This document shows, in pieces, positions 1 to 10,238 of a stretch of DNA of 64,000 nt. The position numbers were made by a program, and so were the translations under genes. Every line of letters starts with the position of its first letter. Positions within the stretch are counted from its first letter, which is position 1. This stretch comes from a virus. The stretch is taken from IMG/VR virus record IMGVR_UViG_3300041955_000531. One strand, written 5' to 3'. The notes beneath the pieces were generated by a model that had not been told where the DNA came from, did no database searches, and saw only the letters and a list, made by a program, of their open reading frames with translations.

Positions 1-106
1 TCGCGAGCGCTTCGTCCAGGTCGTGAGCCGAGACCTCTATTGAGACCATCAGCTTAAGCTGGGCCTGGATGCAATACGTTTCCACTTTCTTGGATTTGTC
101 GGCCAC
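1..106 (-). CDS. hypothetical protein, runs off window edge (MADKSKKVETYCIQAQLKLMVSIEVSAHDLDEALA...)
   Basis: GTG start with AAGGAGG SD just after the stop of 118..414; open to window end. Confidence 0.6.
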   Translation of the reverse strand, partial: MADKSKKVETYCIQAQLKLMVSIEVSAHDLDEALA

Positions 107-117
107 GAGGACCTCCT

Positions 118-414
118 TTAGGCGGGGTTGTCTTGTCCTTCCGCGAGGATCTCTGCTTGGTTGTCGTTGATTTCACTCAACTCAGCGTGCATATCTTCAA
201 GTACTTCTATTTCCTGCTCAGCCTTGGCGGCTAGAGCTTTATGAAGAGCTTCCAACACCTCAGTCATCTTCTTTGACTGTTCCTTTGCTTCCTTGTGCCT
301 TATTCTTTCTTCTCTGGAGTGCAAGGCACTATCCCGCAGCTCCACAATAAAGAATATCACAATGAGAAAGTCAGCCAAACACTGAAAGACATCTACTAAC
401 AACTGTGCTGGCAT
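118..414 (-). CDS. hypothetical protein, N-terminal hydrophobic segment plus coiled coil
   Basis: ORF track; TAATG coupling to upstream gene. Confidence 0.7.
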   Translation of the reverse strand: MPAQLLVDVFQCLADFLIVIFFIVELRDSALHSREERIRHKEAKEQSKKMTEVLEALHKALAAKAEQEIEVLEDMHAELSEINDNQAEILAEGQDNPA

Positions 415-1118
415 TACTCACTCCGTGCTTCTACCTCTCTGTCGGCGAATATGGTCTTCATCAGGAAGTCATCAAAGGATGAGCAACGTACGTCATCCAA
501 ATCCGTATACTGCCTGTTCCACGGCCGGTCCATAAGGAAAGCCTTGGTCTTGCCAAGCTTGTTGATCTCTTCCACGTGCTTGTGGAAGTCATCCAAATGG
601 AAGTCTACTCCTAGTTGTTCAAGGAGGGCAGGACGGTCGTCTCCGCCGGCGTTGCAGCCGGTAATCAGGGGAACTCCTTGGTTGCGAATCCAACGCGAAA
701 GGAGCTGAGTGGTATCCTGAATACCCTCCTTGGCTAGGAGATTAACACGAACGGTGACAGCGTACAGGTTGTACAGCGCATCGTCCAAATCGTTGTTAAT
801 AGCAACGAAGTCCACGTTATGATAAGACTCGAGATTCAAATAGAACTCGGGGATCTTAAGCATAGCGTCGAAGGCAGTCTCAAACTGGTCCTTCGTCATG
901 ATCGGATTCTCAGCCTTCCAGGGCTCATCATTCACCCATTGGTCTTCAGTCAGCTGGGTACCGTTCAGTTCGTTGAAGACTCCCAGAAAGCCCGCCACCC
1001 AGTTACATATAACCCCGTCGACGTCGGTACTAACAACATAGAGCTTGTCCTTAGGGTTATCTGTTTCTGGTCTGCCGTGCTTGTTATACTTGAGAGTCTT
1101 GTCCATCCATGGTTGCAT
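414..1118 (-). CDS. HAD-superfamily 5'(3')-deoxyribonucleotidase-like protein
   Basis: DVDGVI motif I; HLDD and RPWN C-terminal motifs typical of NT5C-like phage proteins. Confidence 0.75.
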   Translation of the reverse strand: MQPWMDKTLKYNKHGRPETDNPKDKLYVVSTDVDGVICNWVAGFLGVFNELNGTQLTEDQWVNDEPWKAENPIMTKDQFETAFDAMLKIPEFYLNLESYHNVDFVAINNDLDDALYNLYAVTVRVNLLAKEGIQDTTQLLSRWIRNQGVPLITGCNAGGDDRPALLEQLGVDFHLDDFHKHVEEINKLGKTKAFLMDRPWNRQYTDLDDVRCSSFDDFLMKTIFADREVEARSE

Positions 1119-1755
1119 TGTTATTCACCTCTACAGGCTCCACTTGCACAGATCCCGGTACTTCAGTACCAGCGGGTAGTTGTGCTTGAGCGGGTTCAGC
1201 CACAGGTATCGGTGTATCAGCCACTGCCGGCAGTTCAAAATGAACTTGGTCTGGACGGACACAGAGCGAACCACGGCTTCCCTCTTGAAACCCATACATG
1301 ACTCCTATCCCAGGGTAAAACGTTGCTGAATCCAGGGTGATATGATCACCCTTCTTAAAGCCTGGGCGGCGGACACGCATCTTGGTCTCGCGACCTTCAA
1401 CAGATACGTATTCTATGTCGCCCACATAGCACTGGCGTTCCATTCTCCGCGGCAAGTCCTCCAATAGAGTAGCGTCTATAACCTTTGGCACAGGGATCGG
1501 AAAGGACCTCTGCCTTGCTGGCCGGTGGAACTTATAACTGACCGGTGGGGGCCCTGGCGTTGGGGCTTCCACCGGTGCTTCTTGTGCTACTTCAGGTGGA
1601 CTAACCGGTCCACCTTCAGAAATCATATCCTGTACTTCTTGCACAGCCTCATGGAACGCAGCTTCCAAGACCGCATCTGGCAGCTTGGGCGCCTGAGGAA
1701 CCGGGCTAAACTTTGGATCCCACTCTGGATCTCCGGGCTTGATGATCTTATTCAT
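1084..1755 (-). CDS. hypothetical Pro-rich protein
   Basis: ORF track; fits minus-strand gene packing. Confidence 0.7.
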   Translation of the reverse strand: MNKIIKPGDPEWDPKFSPVPQAPKLPDAVLEAAFHEAVQEVQDMISEGGPVSPPEVAQEAPVEAPTPGPPPVSYKFHRPARQRSFPIPVPKVIDATLLEDLPRRMERQCYVGDIEYVSVEGRETKMRVRRPGFKKGDHITLDSATFYPGIGVMYGFQEGSRGSLCVRPDQVHFELPAVADTPIPVAEPAQAQLPAGTEVPGSVQVEPVEVNNNATMDGQDSQV

Positions 1756-1840
1756 TTCTTTCTTCCTTTGGAGGTTATTCCCTCTCTATTCCTTTCCAGT
1801 AACTGCAGGAAAATAATAGGAATCATGTGGCCGTCAGAAT

Positions 1841-2419
1841 CTAAGACAGGCTCGCCATACAAAACTTGAAACTAGTATCAAGTTTGATAGGCCCACCGTT
1901 CTTGCCAACCACATATAACTGATCCTCAGCGCGCGATTTAGCCTGAATCTTCTGAACTACTTGATTCCAAGGATCATCTGTAACAAAGAGATCTTTCCCG
2001 GTGTACTCGTCTTTCAAACTACCAGCTTCTTGTACAGTAAAACCTTTGTCTTTAAAGTACCGAGCTGTGATTGTCTCTCCACACATCCCAAGCCATTCTT
2101 CAGTCACAGGATTTGGCCGCGTAGACAGGAGCAGTTGATATGTCTGCTCCATAGACTCAGTGAACGGAATGATTTGTATACCTTCAACTTTAGTAGGATC
2201 GATCAGATAGCCAAAAGCTCTTACATATTGCTCTTCAGGCTTACCTATCGTTTTCCTGATTGCCATTACTTTGCTACGATGTAGCTTAGGAGTTCGAGCA
2301 TTCGCATTGATATGCTCTTCATCCATGATTTTTACCAACGAGGTCCGTGGCATCAAATACATTATACGCCGGCCAGCAGACAAATCCAAACACACATGTG
2401 ATAGATAATGATAGTCCAA
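1841..2419 (-). CDS. hypothetical protein, probably frameshifted near its 3' end (true end 1752)
   Basis: ORF track; the -1 frame after GATACTAGTTT continues FQVLYGEP...GRKK to a TGA overlapping the next ATG. Confidence 0.55.
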   Translation of the reverse strand: MDYHYLSHVCLDLSAGRRIMYLMPRTSLVKIMDEEHINANARTPKLHRSKVMAIRKTIGKPEEQYVRAFGYLIDPTKVEGIQIIPFTESMEQTYQLLLSTRPNPVTEEWLGMCGETITARYFKDKGFTVQEAGSLKDEYTGKDLFVTDDPWNQVVQKIQAKSRAEDQLYVVGKNGGPIKLDTSFKFCMASLS

Positions 2420-2424
2420 CTTAC

Positions 2425-2446
2425 GGGGCTCTGTTCAGTGAGCCCC
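2425..2446 (-). terminator. GC-rich hairpin, possible terminator
   Basis: GGGGCTC/GAGCCCC inverted repeat in intergenic gap; poor U-tract. Confidence 0.35.
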
Positions 2447-2486
2447 CATGAGTTGATTTCTTTGCTACCGTAGAGCTTAAGACTCA

Positions 2487-3770
2487 TTACTCAACCTCAA
2501 CGAAGTTGATGTCATTCGTTGCGGTGAGACCCGTCTTCTTGTTCGTACGGAACAAGGTATAACCGCGGGTCAGAGGACGCGGAGCACCAGCAAGCTTGGG
2601 CTGCGCATCATAGTCTGGAGTCAGACACATACAACCATTCTCGATTCCGATTACCTGGTAATCGTTCCAAGTCTTGCCTGCCATGTGGGTATGACCCATC
2701 ACGGCTGCGGAGACGGGAAGATGAACCAGGCCTACTGGGATAGCTTTCTTGTAGACCCAATCAATGAACCCACCGACACTCTTGTTGGGAATGCGCGAGT
2801 AGAGTTCTGGATGACCGATGACGATATCGCCGCACTGATAGACGAATCGATACTCGGCGAAGCCATCCTTTGGCACTTCAGGAATGACAATGTTCTCAAA
2901 CTGCTTGGTTTGCAGCTCGGCGAAGTCGAATGTGTCAGGTCCATGGAAGTCCAATAGACTCTGATAGAGATCCGCGGGCAATAGCTGAGCGAACTTCTTT
3001 CGAGTGCGCTCGTCATGATTCCCGGGCATCATAATGACTTCGGGATAGGCTGCAGAAAGCTTCTTGAGAATCAGCAAGAAGGCCTTGTGCTCTTCCCGAA
3101 CAGAGAAGTGTTGGCCATACTTCATGTACTTGCTGTAGTTATGGTAATCAGGACCGTCACCAGCAAGGATACAAATATCCACCTTGCCAGCGGTGTCAGC
3201 GATCATCTTATCGAAGCGAGCTTCATCGTGGAATGGAGCATGGATGTCGCTAACGATCAAACCTTCTAGGTAATCAGGATTCCCAGGGCCCTTACCTGTT
3301 TCAGTGCCGGCCGGCCAGCTATGCCAGCCTACCCAATCACGATACTCCGTTAGGATCTCGTCAAAGTTCTTGGCGTACATCGTCTTCATGGGAGATACTT
3401 CAACGACTTTAGGGCTCACAACACTTGTATCCATGTTGTTCACTGTATTGAAGATATCCCAGCACTTCTTACAACCAGATCCACCACAACAGGTTGGCGC
3501 CACGCTACCTTGATAGGTATGCGAGCTACCACAATCCTCTGGGAGGACGGAACTAATCACAGGCTCTGGAACAGCAACCTCGACTATGATTCCCTTCCAC
3601 GCTTCCTTCACTTCTTCAACCGTACGGCCGACCTCGTATGCGATCTCCGTGAACTTCATTCGATGACCCAGCAAGGAATAAATCAAATCCTTCTTGGTCT
3701 TGGGAGCAATAACGTCCCAGTCGTTCTTAAGGTTGAAGATAGCTTCGTCCTTGTTCATGCCTTTCGACAT
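2487..3770 (-). CDS. calcineurin-like metallophosphoesterase with N-terminal HTH-like/Cys-rich extension
   Basis: SDIH, AGDGPD, GNHD, GH and GHTH motifs. Confidence 0.8.
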   Translation of the reverse strand: MSKGMNKDEAIFNLKNDWDVIAPKTKKDLIYSLLGHRMKFTEIAYEVGRTVEEVKEAWKGIIVEVAVPEPVISSVLPEDCGSSHTYQGSVAPTCCGGSGCKKCWDIFNTVNNMDTSVVSPKVVEVSPMKTMYAKNFDEILTEYRDWVGWHSWPAGTETGKGPGNPDYLEGLIVSDIHAPFHDEARFDKMIADTAGKVDICILAGDGPDYHNYSKYMKYGQHFSVREEHKAFLLILKKLSAAYPEVIMMPGNHDERTRKKFAQLLPADLYQSLLDFHGPDTFDFAELQTKQFENIVIPEVPKDGFAEYRFVYQCGDIVIGHPELYSRIPNKSVGGFIDWVYKKAIPVGLVHLPVSAAVMGHTHMAGKTWNDYQVIGIENGCMCLTPDYDAQPKLAGAPRPLTRGYTLFRTNKKTGLTATNDINFVEVE

Positions 3771-3781
3771 GTAGCCTCCTC

Positions 3782-4249
3782 TTAGCTCGTTCTATGTTGA
3801 TATAGAAAATAAGCTAAGGTATCGTATGTTTTGTCGTCGAGGTCCCCGCCAAGCCAGCTACGATCGTAGCGACCTTCAGGAGCCCTTAACATCTCATTGA
3901 TGCGAATCGACCTCTCGTTTTGCTTGCGCGGGTCGTCCATCAACCACTTGGGGTATTTCTTGGTGTCCTGACTCTCTAGGAATAGAGCGTCAACCGTGTC
4001 ACGGTAAACGACGAAGACACGCGCGCTCGATTTGTGCCGTATCGTTGCAAGGTGTTCTGCAAGAACGAGCTCATCAGACGTCCGCGCCACATTGGAGCTA
4101 AGATTGATACGCGGATCACCTGGGTTTTTACAGATTGCCCCGGGCATTGCATACTGACGCTCATCTGTTATCTCGAGTTGAGACAGGAACTCCTGGTCGA
4201 TCTTGCGACCGGCCAGGAGTGGATTGATTTTAACTTCCTGATTTTGCAT
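3782..4249 (-). CDS. hypothetical protein
   Basis: ORF track 3782..4366; start moved to MQNQEV to reduce overlap. Confidence 0.65.
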   Translation of the reverse strand: MQNQEVKINPLLAGRKIDQEFLSQLEITDERQYAMPGAICKNPGDPRINLSSNVARTSDELVLAEHLATIRHKSSARVFVVYRDTVDALFLESQDTKKYPKWLMDDPRKQNERSIRINEMLRAPEGRYDRSWLGGDLDDKTYDTLAYFLYQHRTS

Positions 4250-4691
4250 TGGCCTTGACATACAAGTCGTTCTCGATCTTGTCGACACGCTGAATAACAG
4301 CTTCGACACGACCTTCAACAAACTTGCCCGCAACTGCCTCAAGCACATTACCCTTGACAGAATCAAGCGTCTGAGCGTTCAGGTAGGCTTGGGCCTTGCC
4401 GATGGACTCACGTAGGAGTTTCTGTGAGGTCTCATAGATACCACCAGCACGACGTCCAACTGCCGGCTTGGGTAGTATTGGGAAACCACACGGGCAAATC
4501 AAAAGAGGGAACACCTGCTCATTGGGATCTGCCAAGATCTCAACAGAGCCGGAACCTCCAGCTAGATACTTGGTAACTTGCACTTCATAGAAGTGCCCGC
4601 CACCACAGCGTTCGCAGACAACATCTTTGCCTGCCATTGCTCGTTGCTGGGCTTGTATTCGCGCAGCAGCATTACTTGGACTGTTGCTCAT
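4230..4691 (-). CDS. hypothetical zinc-ribbon protein
   Basis: CERC ... CPCG pairs. Confidence 0.7.
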   Translation of the reverse strand: MSNSPSNAAARIQAQQRAMAGKDVVCERCGGGHFYEVQVTKYLAGGSGSVEILADPNEQVFPLLICPCGFPILPKPAVGRRAGGIYETSQKLLRESIGKAQAYLNAQTLDSVKGNVLEAVAGKFVEGRVEAVIQRVDKIENDLYVKANAKSGS

Positions 4692-4935
4692 GATTATCGT
4701 CCTCCTCGGGATCGATGATTATGGGGATGCGAACCCTAGTGAGATCGGTGTCTTCTGCGATGAAATCGCCCAGAGTCTTTCCACATATTACACACTTGTC
4801 GTTCACGTCCAGACCATTACGATGGTCGCCGTGAAACTCACATTCGTGTGCTTCGTGGACTACATTTTCAGAGTCCACAAATCCTTTGTTCTTACCCGTT
4901 TCGGGATTGATGATTTCCATCTCGTCGGCTGTCAT
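4672..4935 (-). CDS. hypothetical protein
   Basis: ORF track; GAGGT SD; CVIC motif. Confidence 0.65.
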   Translation of the reverse strand: MTADEMEIINPETGKNKGFVDSENVVHEAHECEFHGDHRNGLDVNDKCVICGKTLGDFIAEDTDLTRVRIPIIIDPEEDDNHEQQSK

Positions 4936-4958
4936 ATTCCACCTACCTCATTATACCA

Positions 4959-7619
4959 TTAGAACGGTTCCTTATGAGCCGCATGGCTGCCTATGCCAGG
5001 AGTTGGGTCAGTATTCTTGGCAGCAGCCTTATATTCATTGGCGAGCTGATGATACTTAGCCTGATCATTCAGGCTGCACTCATCCATTCGCCCTGACCTG
5101 GGCTCGAACTTGTAATAGATCGTGCCGTCAAAGGAGTTGATCTTCGACTTGTCGAACACCAGCTCTAAGACAGGCACACGATAAGGCGGAGCGTTGGTGA
5201 TAGGATCCTTATGATCCTGATCGGGATCAATCAATGTAGCATCATCCCCAAAGTCCTTGATGTCGTTGTAAACACCGATGTTAAGAGATGAATCGTAGGA
5301 GATACCACCCGTGCCTTTGATATTCCTTACGCGCGGGCGAACCCCGGGCTGAAGAGAAGTCTTAGGCAGCTCCATGGTCATGATGATCGTTGCATGGTAC
5401 TTGTTTGCAAGACCTTTAACAAACGAAGACATGTGGCGCGTCTTAGCCTCTCCGTCTTGAAAGCCTGGGAAATCATAGAGATGAAAGTTATCTCCAATGA
5501 CGACAAGCTTTCGTTCGGGGAACTTCTGACGAAGTGCCTTAATGCGGTTCTCCAAAGCTGGCAGCGAAGCAGCCAGTGTCGAAACGTCTTCTGGGATGAA
5601 TAGCTCACGTTCGATCTTCTCCTGTGTCCAGGCCATGGCTTGCTGATAGACTTCATGGAACTCCGGCCAGCGTTCTAATGCGAAGCCAGCCTTCTTGAAG
5701 TCATTCGAATACCAGCCAGACTTGAATCCGTCGTCATTGAGCTTGGCATCACAGTAGTTAACCTGCTCGAACTTGGATCCCCACAGACGTGGGAGAAAGA
5801 TAGGCAGGGAATCATCCACCGTATGGTAGAGAACCATGCATTCATTCGGATTGTTATCGATCAGGCGCCACGCCAGGTTAGCAAGGAAAGAAGACTTGCC
5901 CTGGTTCATTTTGCCTGGGATGGTAACGAAGCACTCCGACCGCGGAATGCCACCAACCCACTTGTTGAAGAGAGGCCAGTCATTACCCACAGAAAGCTCG
6001 ACCATGTTAGAGTCTGCTTCCTGAATGGTCTTGATCTCATCGAGATAGCGCATCGTCGCCGATACACTGTATCCAGCCCTACGCTGTTGGGCTTTCTCGA
6101 TCTTGTCCATCGTAGTGGACAATATGGTCAAAGCTTCTAACGGCTTTAGTTGCAGTTGCTTAGCTGCTTGTTGGGACAGGAGAGTAGTCTCTTCATTAAC
6201 CTGAGCTACCTCACTGTCAACTAGCCTTGTGATCTCACGCCATACCACATCCTGCGCGATCCCAGTAGCTTTAGCAAGCTGTTCTGCTTTACGAAGCCGA
6301 ACGAAGTTTGATTGATCATTAACGATAAGTGGTACCATCCTCTCGGCGAGTACCGTCGGATCTTCTCCATTCTTCACCGCCTTATGTAATGACCAGCCAA
6401 ATATGTCTACCTTCTCAAGTTGACGGAAGGCTTTCAGTCCGCCCATCTTGCGGATATAGTTGTCTGGATCGTCGGTGCCTTCTGGCATAGCTACGATTTC
6501 AACGCGGAGGCCAATGTTTCCTCCAACAGACTCCTCCAAAAGCTTGACAAACCGATCAGTGCCAGCTTCTCCTGCGTTGTCAGCGTCGAGAACAAAGACA
6601 ATGTGCTTGATACCAAGACCGAGAATAAGTTCGAGATGGTCTCGCGTGAACGACGTCGACCCAATCGAACAGCTGTTCTGTAGTCCTGCGTTGACAGCTG
6701 TGACGCAATCGGAATACCCCTCAAAGACGTACAGCGGAGGAGTATACTTCCGGGCCCGGTGCAGGCCGAATAGTCTCTTCGACTTCTGATAAATCCTGTT
6801 CCGAATGGCAGTCTCTTCACCAGCATACTCCATCGAGTTTATGTACTTCGCTGGCCGTTTGAGTTCCAATAGTCCCAGCTTACGCTCGTCGCTATCTTCC
6901 GCAGTCGTAGCCAATACATTAGCCTTAGCAGATTCGTACTGTTTGGCTTCTTCTTCGTATAATAGGTTGCGACATGCAAAACCAACTGGGTTGGCATTCT
7001 CATCCTTAACAGTAAAGACGAGATTGTTTTCATTGAACATACTCCTACGGTGCAGATCGACTTCCTTCATGAAGGCGTCTGTCCAACCATGCTGCTTCTT
7101 CATACGCTCGATGAACTTTTCGTACGACTCCACAGAGCCGACTCCAAGTCCCACGCGCGTCTCTTTCGACCAGCCGTAGTCAGTAAGCTTCGACTCAACG
7201 CGGTCGCTAAACTTGGAGAAGAGAAGGATCTGCGCAGCGTCGCGATAGGCACGATACGTATCCATCTCATACTGTTCCTCAGGATTGGGTTCCTCAATAG
7301 GAACCTCAACTCCAAAGGTATCAGCGAGATACTTCAAGTTGTCATGGATAAATGCGGCGCCAGACAGCGCTCGCTGTTCGAGGAAGTAGGCCGCGGTAAA
7401 GATATCGCCCGTGCAATCGCAGCCAAAGCAGTGGAAATAACGTCCCTGAGAGTCAGGAACTATCCCACAAGAGGGATCGCTATCCTCATGTTCAGGGTTC
7501 AGACAGCTGAACAGTTTGCCGCTCTTGATGTGGCGGCCCTGGGATTCCAGGTACTGAACGAGATACTCACGCAACTGATCTTTAGCTGCGCTGTACTTAC
7601 TCAGAATGTTGTTTGTCAT
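4959..7619 (-). CDS. DNA primase-helicase fusion (CHC2 Zn finger, TOPRIM, SF4 helicase)
   Basis: CLNPEHED..CFGC Zn finger; KYINS; FEGYSD and LDADNAG TOPRIM; DPD; GKMNQGKSS Walker A. Confidence 0.92.
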   Translation of the reverse strand: MTNNILSKYSAAKDQLREYLVQYLESQGRHIKSGKLFSCLNPEHEDSDPSCGIVPDSQGRYFHCFGCDCTGDIFTAAYFLEQRALSGAAFIHDNLKYLADTFGVEVPIEEPNPEEQYEMDTYRAYRDAAQILLFSKFSDRVESKLTDYGWSKETRVGLGVGSVESYEKFIERMKKQHGWTDAFMKEVDLHRRSMFNENNLVFTVKDENANPVGFACRNLLYEEEAKQYESAKANVLATTAEDSDERKLGLLELKRPAKYINSMEYAGEETAIRNRIYQKSKRLFGLHRARKYTPPLYVFEGYSDCVTAVNAGLQNSCSIGSTSFTRDHLELILGLGIKHIVFVLDADNAGEAGTDRFVKLLEESVGGNIGLRVEIVAMPEGTDDPDNYIRKMGGLKAFRQLEKVDIFGWSLHKAVKNGEDPTVLAERMVPLIVNDQSNFVRLRKAEQLAKATGIAQDVVWREITRLVDSEVAQVNEETTLLSQQAAKQLQLKPLEALTILSTTMDKIEKAQQRRAGYSVSATMRYLDEIKTIQEADSNMVELSVGNDWPLFNKWVGGIPRSECFVTIPGKMNQGKSSFLANLAWRLIDNNPNECMVLYHTVDDSLPIFLPRLWGSKFEQVNYCDAKLNDDGFKSGWYSNDFKKAGFALERWPEFHEVYQQAMAWTQEKIERELFIPEDVSTLAASLPALENRIKALRQKFPERKLVVIGDNFHLYDFPGFQDGEAKTRHMSSFVKGLANKYHATIIMTMELPKTSLQPGVRPRVRNIKGTGGISYDSSLNIGVYNDIKDFGDDATLIDPDQDHKDPITNAPPYRVPVLELVFDKSKINSFDGTIYYKFEPRSGRMDECSLNDQAKYHQLANEYKAAAKNTDPTPGIGSHAAHKEPF

Positions 7620-7629
7620 TGGTATCCTT

Positions 7630-7641
7630 CTGATTAGTATA
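7630..7641 (-). promoter_or_regulatory. putative phage promoter motif TATACTAATCAG
   Basis: same motif at 19460, 20919 and 34625, each in an intergenic gap shortly upstream of a gene; preceded here by TGTGT (extended -10-like). Confidence 0.6.
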
Positions 7642-7676
7642 ACACATTAGCGACCGCTCAACCGCACAAAATAAGG

Positions 7677-9578
7677 CTATATCTCACAATAACCTGCAGT
7701 GCACGCAAGCTCTTGTGCGCCCAATGTGCGGTCGTCCTTCTCATACTTAGTGAGAAGGAGCCAGTCAATATTCGGGAAGGCAGCGACCGCTTTGTCGTAT
7801 GCCTCCTTATCGATGGGCGTGTATGGCGCCTGCTTATAGATGTGATCACTGTAAGGCAGGAATGAGATCCCACCGATCTCATCGAAATGTTCATAGACCC
7901 AGGCGCCTACAGCCAGCCATTCGCTCTCTTTCACGTAGACCGTACACGACGGGTTATGCTCACACCACCATTGCCTATACTTGAGATACACCTCAAGCTG
8001 TTGCAATGCAGTAAGCTGTAAACGTGTGATAGCATGTGCCGGACTCTTAAGCGGGAAGTAGAAAACGTCCACGTCGTTGGCTTGTGTAATATCACTCTCA
8101 TTGGGGACCTTGGAGTCTCTCAGAAGAGCGGAGATAGGATCTCGCTTATCTTGCCTGACCGCGCGCGTGAAGTACTGGTCGTACCGCGGATGTATCCCAG
8201 AGCTCGAGTTAACCAGCTGTGAGACTGTTCCTGACGGCTTGACACAAGTGACAGCCGCAGCCTGGTTAATCCCAAGTCGTTTTGCCCACTCTGCGTTGGT
8301 AGCAATCGCCACCTTTTTGAGTGAGCGTAGAAGCGCTTCATGAGGATTAGCCGTAAGCGGGTTGTCCATGATACCGGTAAGCGATACACCCAGGAGCCTT
8401 TCTTCTTCGGCATTCTTCTTCCATCCTGCCCGCAAATAGCGGAAGTTCGTTAAGGTTGATTGTAAGGTTCCGAGTATCGTAGCGATACGTACCTTCTTCC
8501 GTAGGCTTCCCGGCGTGTCGTCAGGACGGATGACAACTTCAGTAAGGTTGCAAAAGCCCATATCACGCAGGATGATTTCCCCACAGGGATTCGTACCAAA
8601 CTCAATCTTCTCTGTCTTTCGTCTAGTAGACGCTTTTGCTTTAAGAACTGCAGCCTGTCTATTAAATATTCCTCGCTCACCACTTTTGGATTCATATAGT
8701 GATAGCCACTCCTTCATGAAGATTCCCATTTCGGGGCGCTCGGTATAGACAGCAGAGTTGTTAGCCAGGCGCCGATGAGGATTACTGTTGTACCACTCAC
8801 CAGTCTTGGCACCACGCATACGATCGTCGGATAGATTGGACAGGGATATCATAGCAGAACGGCGGACGCCGCCGACTACCACGATGTCACCTACTTTGCA
8901 CATGATGTCATGGCATTCGATTGATGTAAGTTTACGTCCAGCCGCTCGTTTAAAAGTTTCGACAGTAAACTTAAAGAGTTCGTCCAAAGGAGCTGGCCCT
9001 GAGGATCGACCGCCGAAGGTCCTGAGCGGGGCCCCCGCCGGACGAAGTTCACTAAGGTCCCATTTCGGGACCATGCCAGTATATAATAGCGCAATGAGCT
9101 CTTTAAACGATGTCGCCCAGCCAATCTTGCTATCCTTGACCTTAAGAGTAACGTTGGAAGGATAGAAGTTTTCTGCCACCGCGGGTAACTCGTTGACATA
9201 CTGCCTCTCCACAGAGAAGCCCACGCCTGTGCCGCACATAGAAATGTACATAGCTTCGTCGAAGGCTCTTTGATTGTTCACAGCAATGTAACTACAGTTG
9301 TAGCCTGCGCAGTTGTCCTTATCGAGTGCCTCGCCGGCAGTCATGATAGCCCTCATAGAGGGCATCACTTCGAAGTTGAAGATCGCATCCCGCAGTTCCT
9401 CCGAAATCTCTTTACGAAACCGCTTCGGAATACGTACCGAGAAGAACTTAATATACCTGTCGACAGTTTCACTCCAGTTTTCCCTTCGCTCGAGGTCATA
9501 AAGCCACCTTGAATAACGAGATTTGTACATGAAATCAGAATACAGACGGCTCACATCAACAACAGGGATTGGACCCAT
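7677..9578 (-). CDS. nrdJ: class II (B12-dependent) ribonucleotide reductase, monomeric type
   Basis: YNCSY, GGVRRSA, TNPCGEI, TCVKPSGT, C-terminal ACTAGYCEI. Confidence 0.95.
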   Translation of the reverse strand: MGPIPVVDVSRLYSDFMYKSRYSRWLYDLERRENWSETVDRYIKFFSVRIPKRFRKEISEELRDAIFNFEVMPSMRAIMTAGEALDKDNCAGYNCSYIAVNNQRAFDEAMYISMCGTGVGFSVERQYVNELPAVAENFYPSNVTLKVKDSKIGWATSFKELIALLYTGMVPKWDLSELRPAGAPLRTFGGRSSGPAPLDELFKFTVETFKRAAGRKLTSIECHDIMCKVGDIVVVGGVRRSAMISLSNLSDDRMRGAKTGEWYNSNPHRRLANNSAVYTERPEMGIFMKEWLSLYESKSGERGIFNRQAAVLKAKASTRRKTEKIEFGTNPCGEIILRDMGFCNLTEVVIRPDDTPGSLRKKVRIATILGTLQSTLTNFRYLRAGWKKNAEEERLLGVSLTGIMDNPLTANPHEALLRSLKKVAIATNAEWAKRLGINQAAAVTCVKPSGTVSQLVNSSSGIHPRYDQYFTRAVRQDKRDPISALLRDSKVPNESDITQANDVDVFYFPLKSPAHAITRLQLTALQQLEVYLKYRQWWCEHNPSCTVYVKESEWLAVGAWVYEHFDEIGGISFLPYSDHIYKQAPYTPIDKEAYDKAVAAFPNIDWLLLTKYEKDDRTLGAQELACTAGYCEI

Positions 9579-9584
9579 GGTAGA

Positions 9585-10238
9585 TTACCTCGGTTTAGAT
9601 AGAGCTTCGCTTTGCTTTTGCTCTGGAATGATGTCATCGTACAAGATTGGAATACGTTGCTGCATTTCGGCGAGCAATGGAATCATTACTCGCCTAAAGT
9701 CTGGATGTGTCTCCTTCGTAGTGCGCATAATCAATAGATGACGCCAGTTACGAAGATTGCCTGTTACTGCTATCGTGGAGGCAAGGGCGTTAGGTAATAC
9801 AGCCCTTGCAACTTGAGGTGGCCGGCCAACTTGAAGCTGCGCGAGATACTCTCCTTCAGCACTTTCAAAGGCCAACCGGAAGTCGGGATCGTTCGGATCG
9901 ATTCCCACTGGGACGATGAAATCCATATTGCCCTTCTTTCCATAGTTGACGAAGCGAGTACTCTCTTGCGTGAAGCTAAAGAGGCGGTGTCGAACCAACT
10001 CGTGAGTAACCCCTCGATCGACCCGGAAAAGAATGGTCGCATAAGCATGTTCCACCACACTCCAATCACCTTTATCCATCACTACAAACTTAACGAAGCG
10101 CTTCCAGCTGTCAGCTGTCTGCCCTTCTTCCGATCGATGACTGATACGTGCCATGCTTTCAATGAAGCGCAGCCGCTCGATGCCATCTTCCTGATCTTTA
10201 GGGGTAATGATGGTAAACGTAGGTTCTATGATTCTCAT
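9585..10238 (-). CDS. thyX: FAD-dependent thymidylate synthase
   Basis: SVVEH; THELVRHRLFSFTQESTRF (RHRx7S); ARAVLPN; NLRNW. Confidence 0.95.
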   Translation of the reverse strand: MRIIEPTFTIITPKDQEDGIERLRFIESMARISHRSEEGQTADSWKRFVKFVVMDKGDWSVVEHAYATILFRVDRGVTHELVRHRLFSFTQESTRFVNYGKKGNMDFIVPVGIDPNDPDFRLAFESAEGEYLAQLQVGRPPQVARAVLPNALASTIAVTGNLRNWRHLLIMRTTKETHPDFRRVMIPLLAEMQQRIPILYDDIIPEQKQSEALSKPR

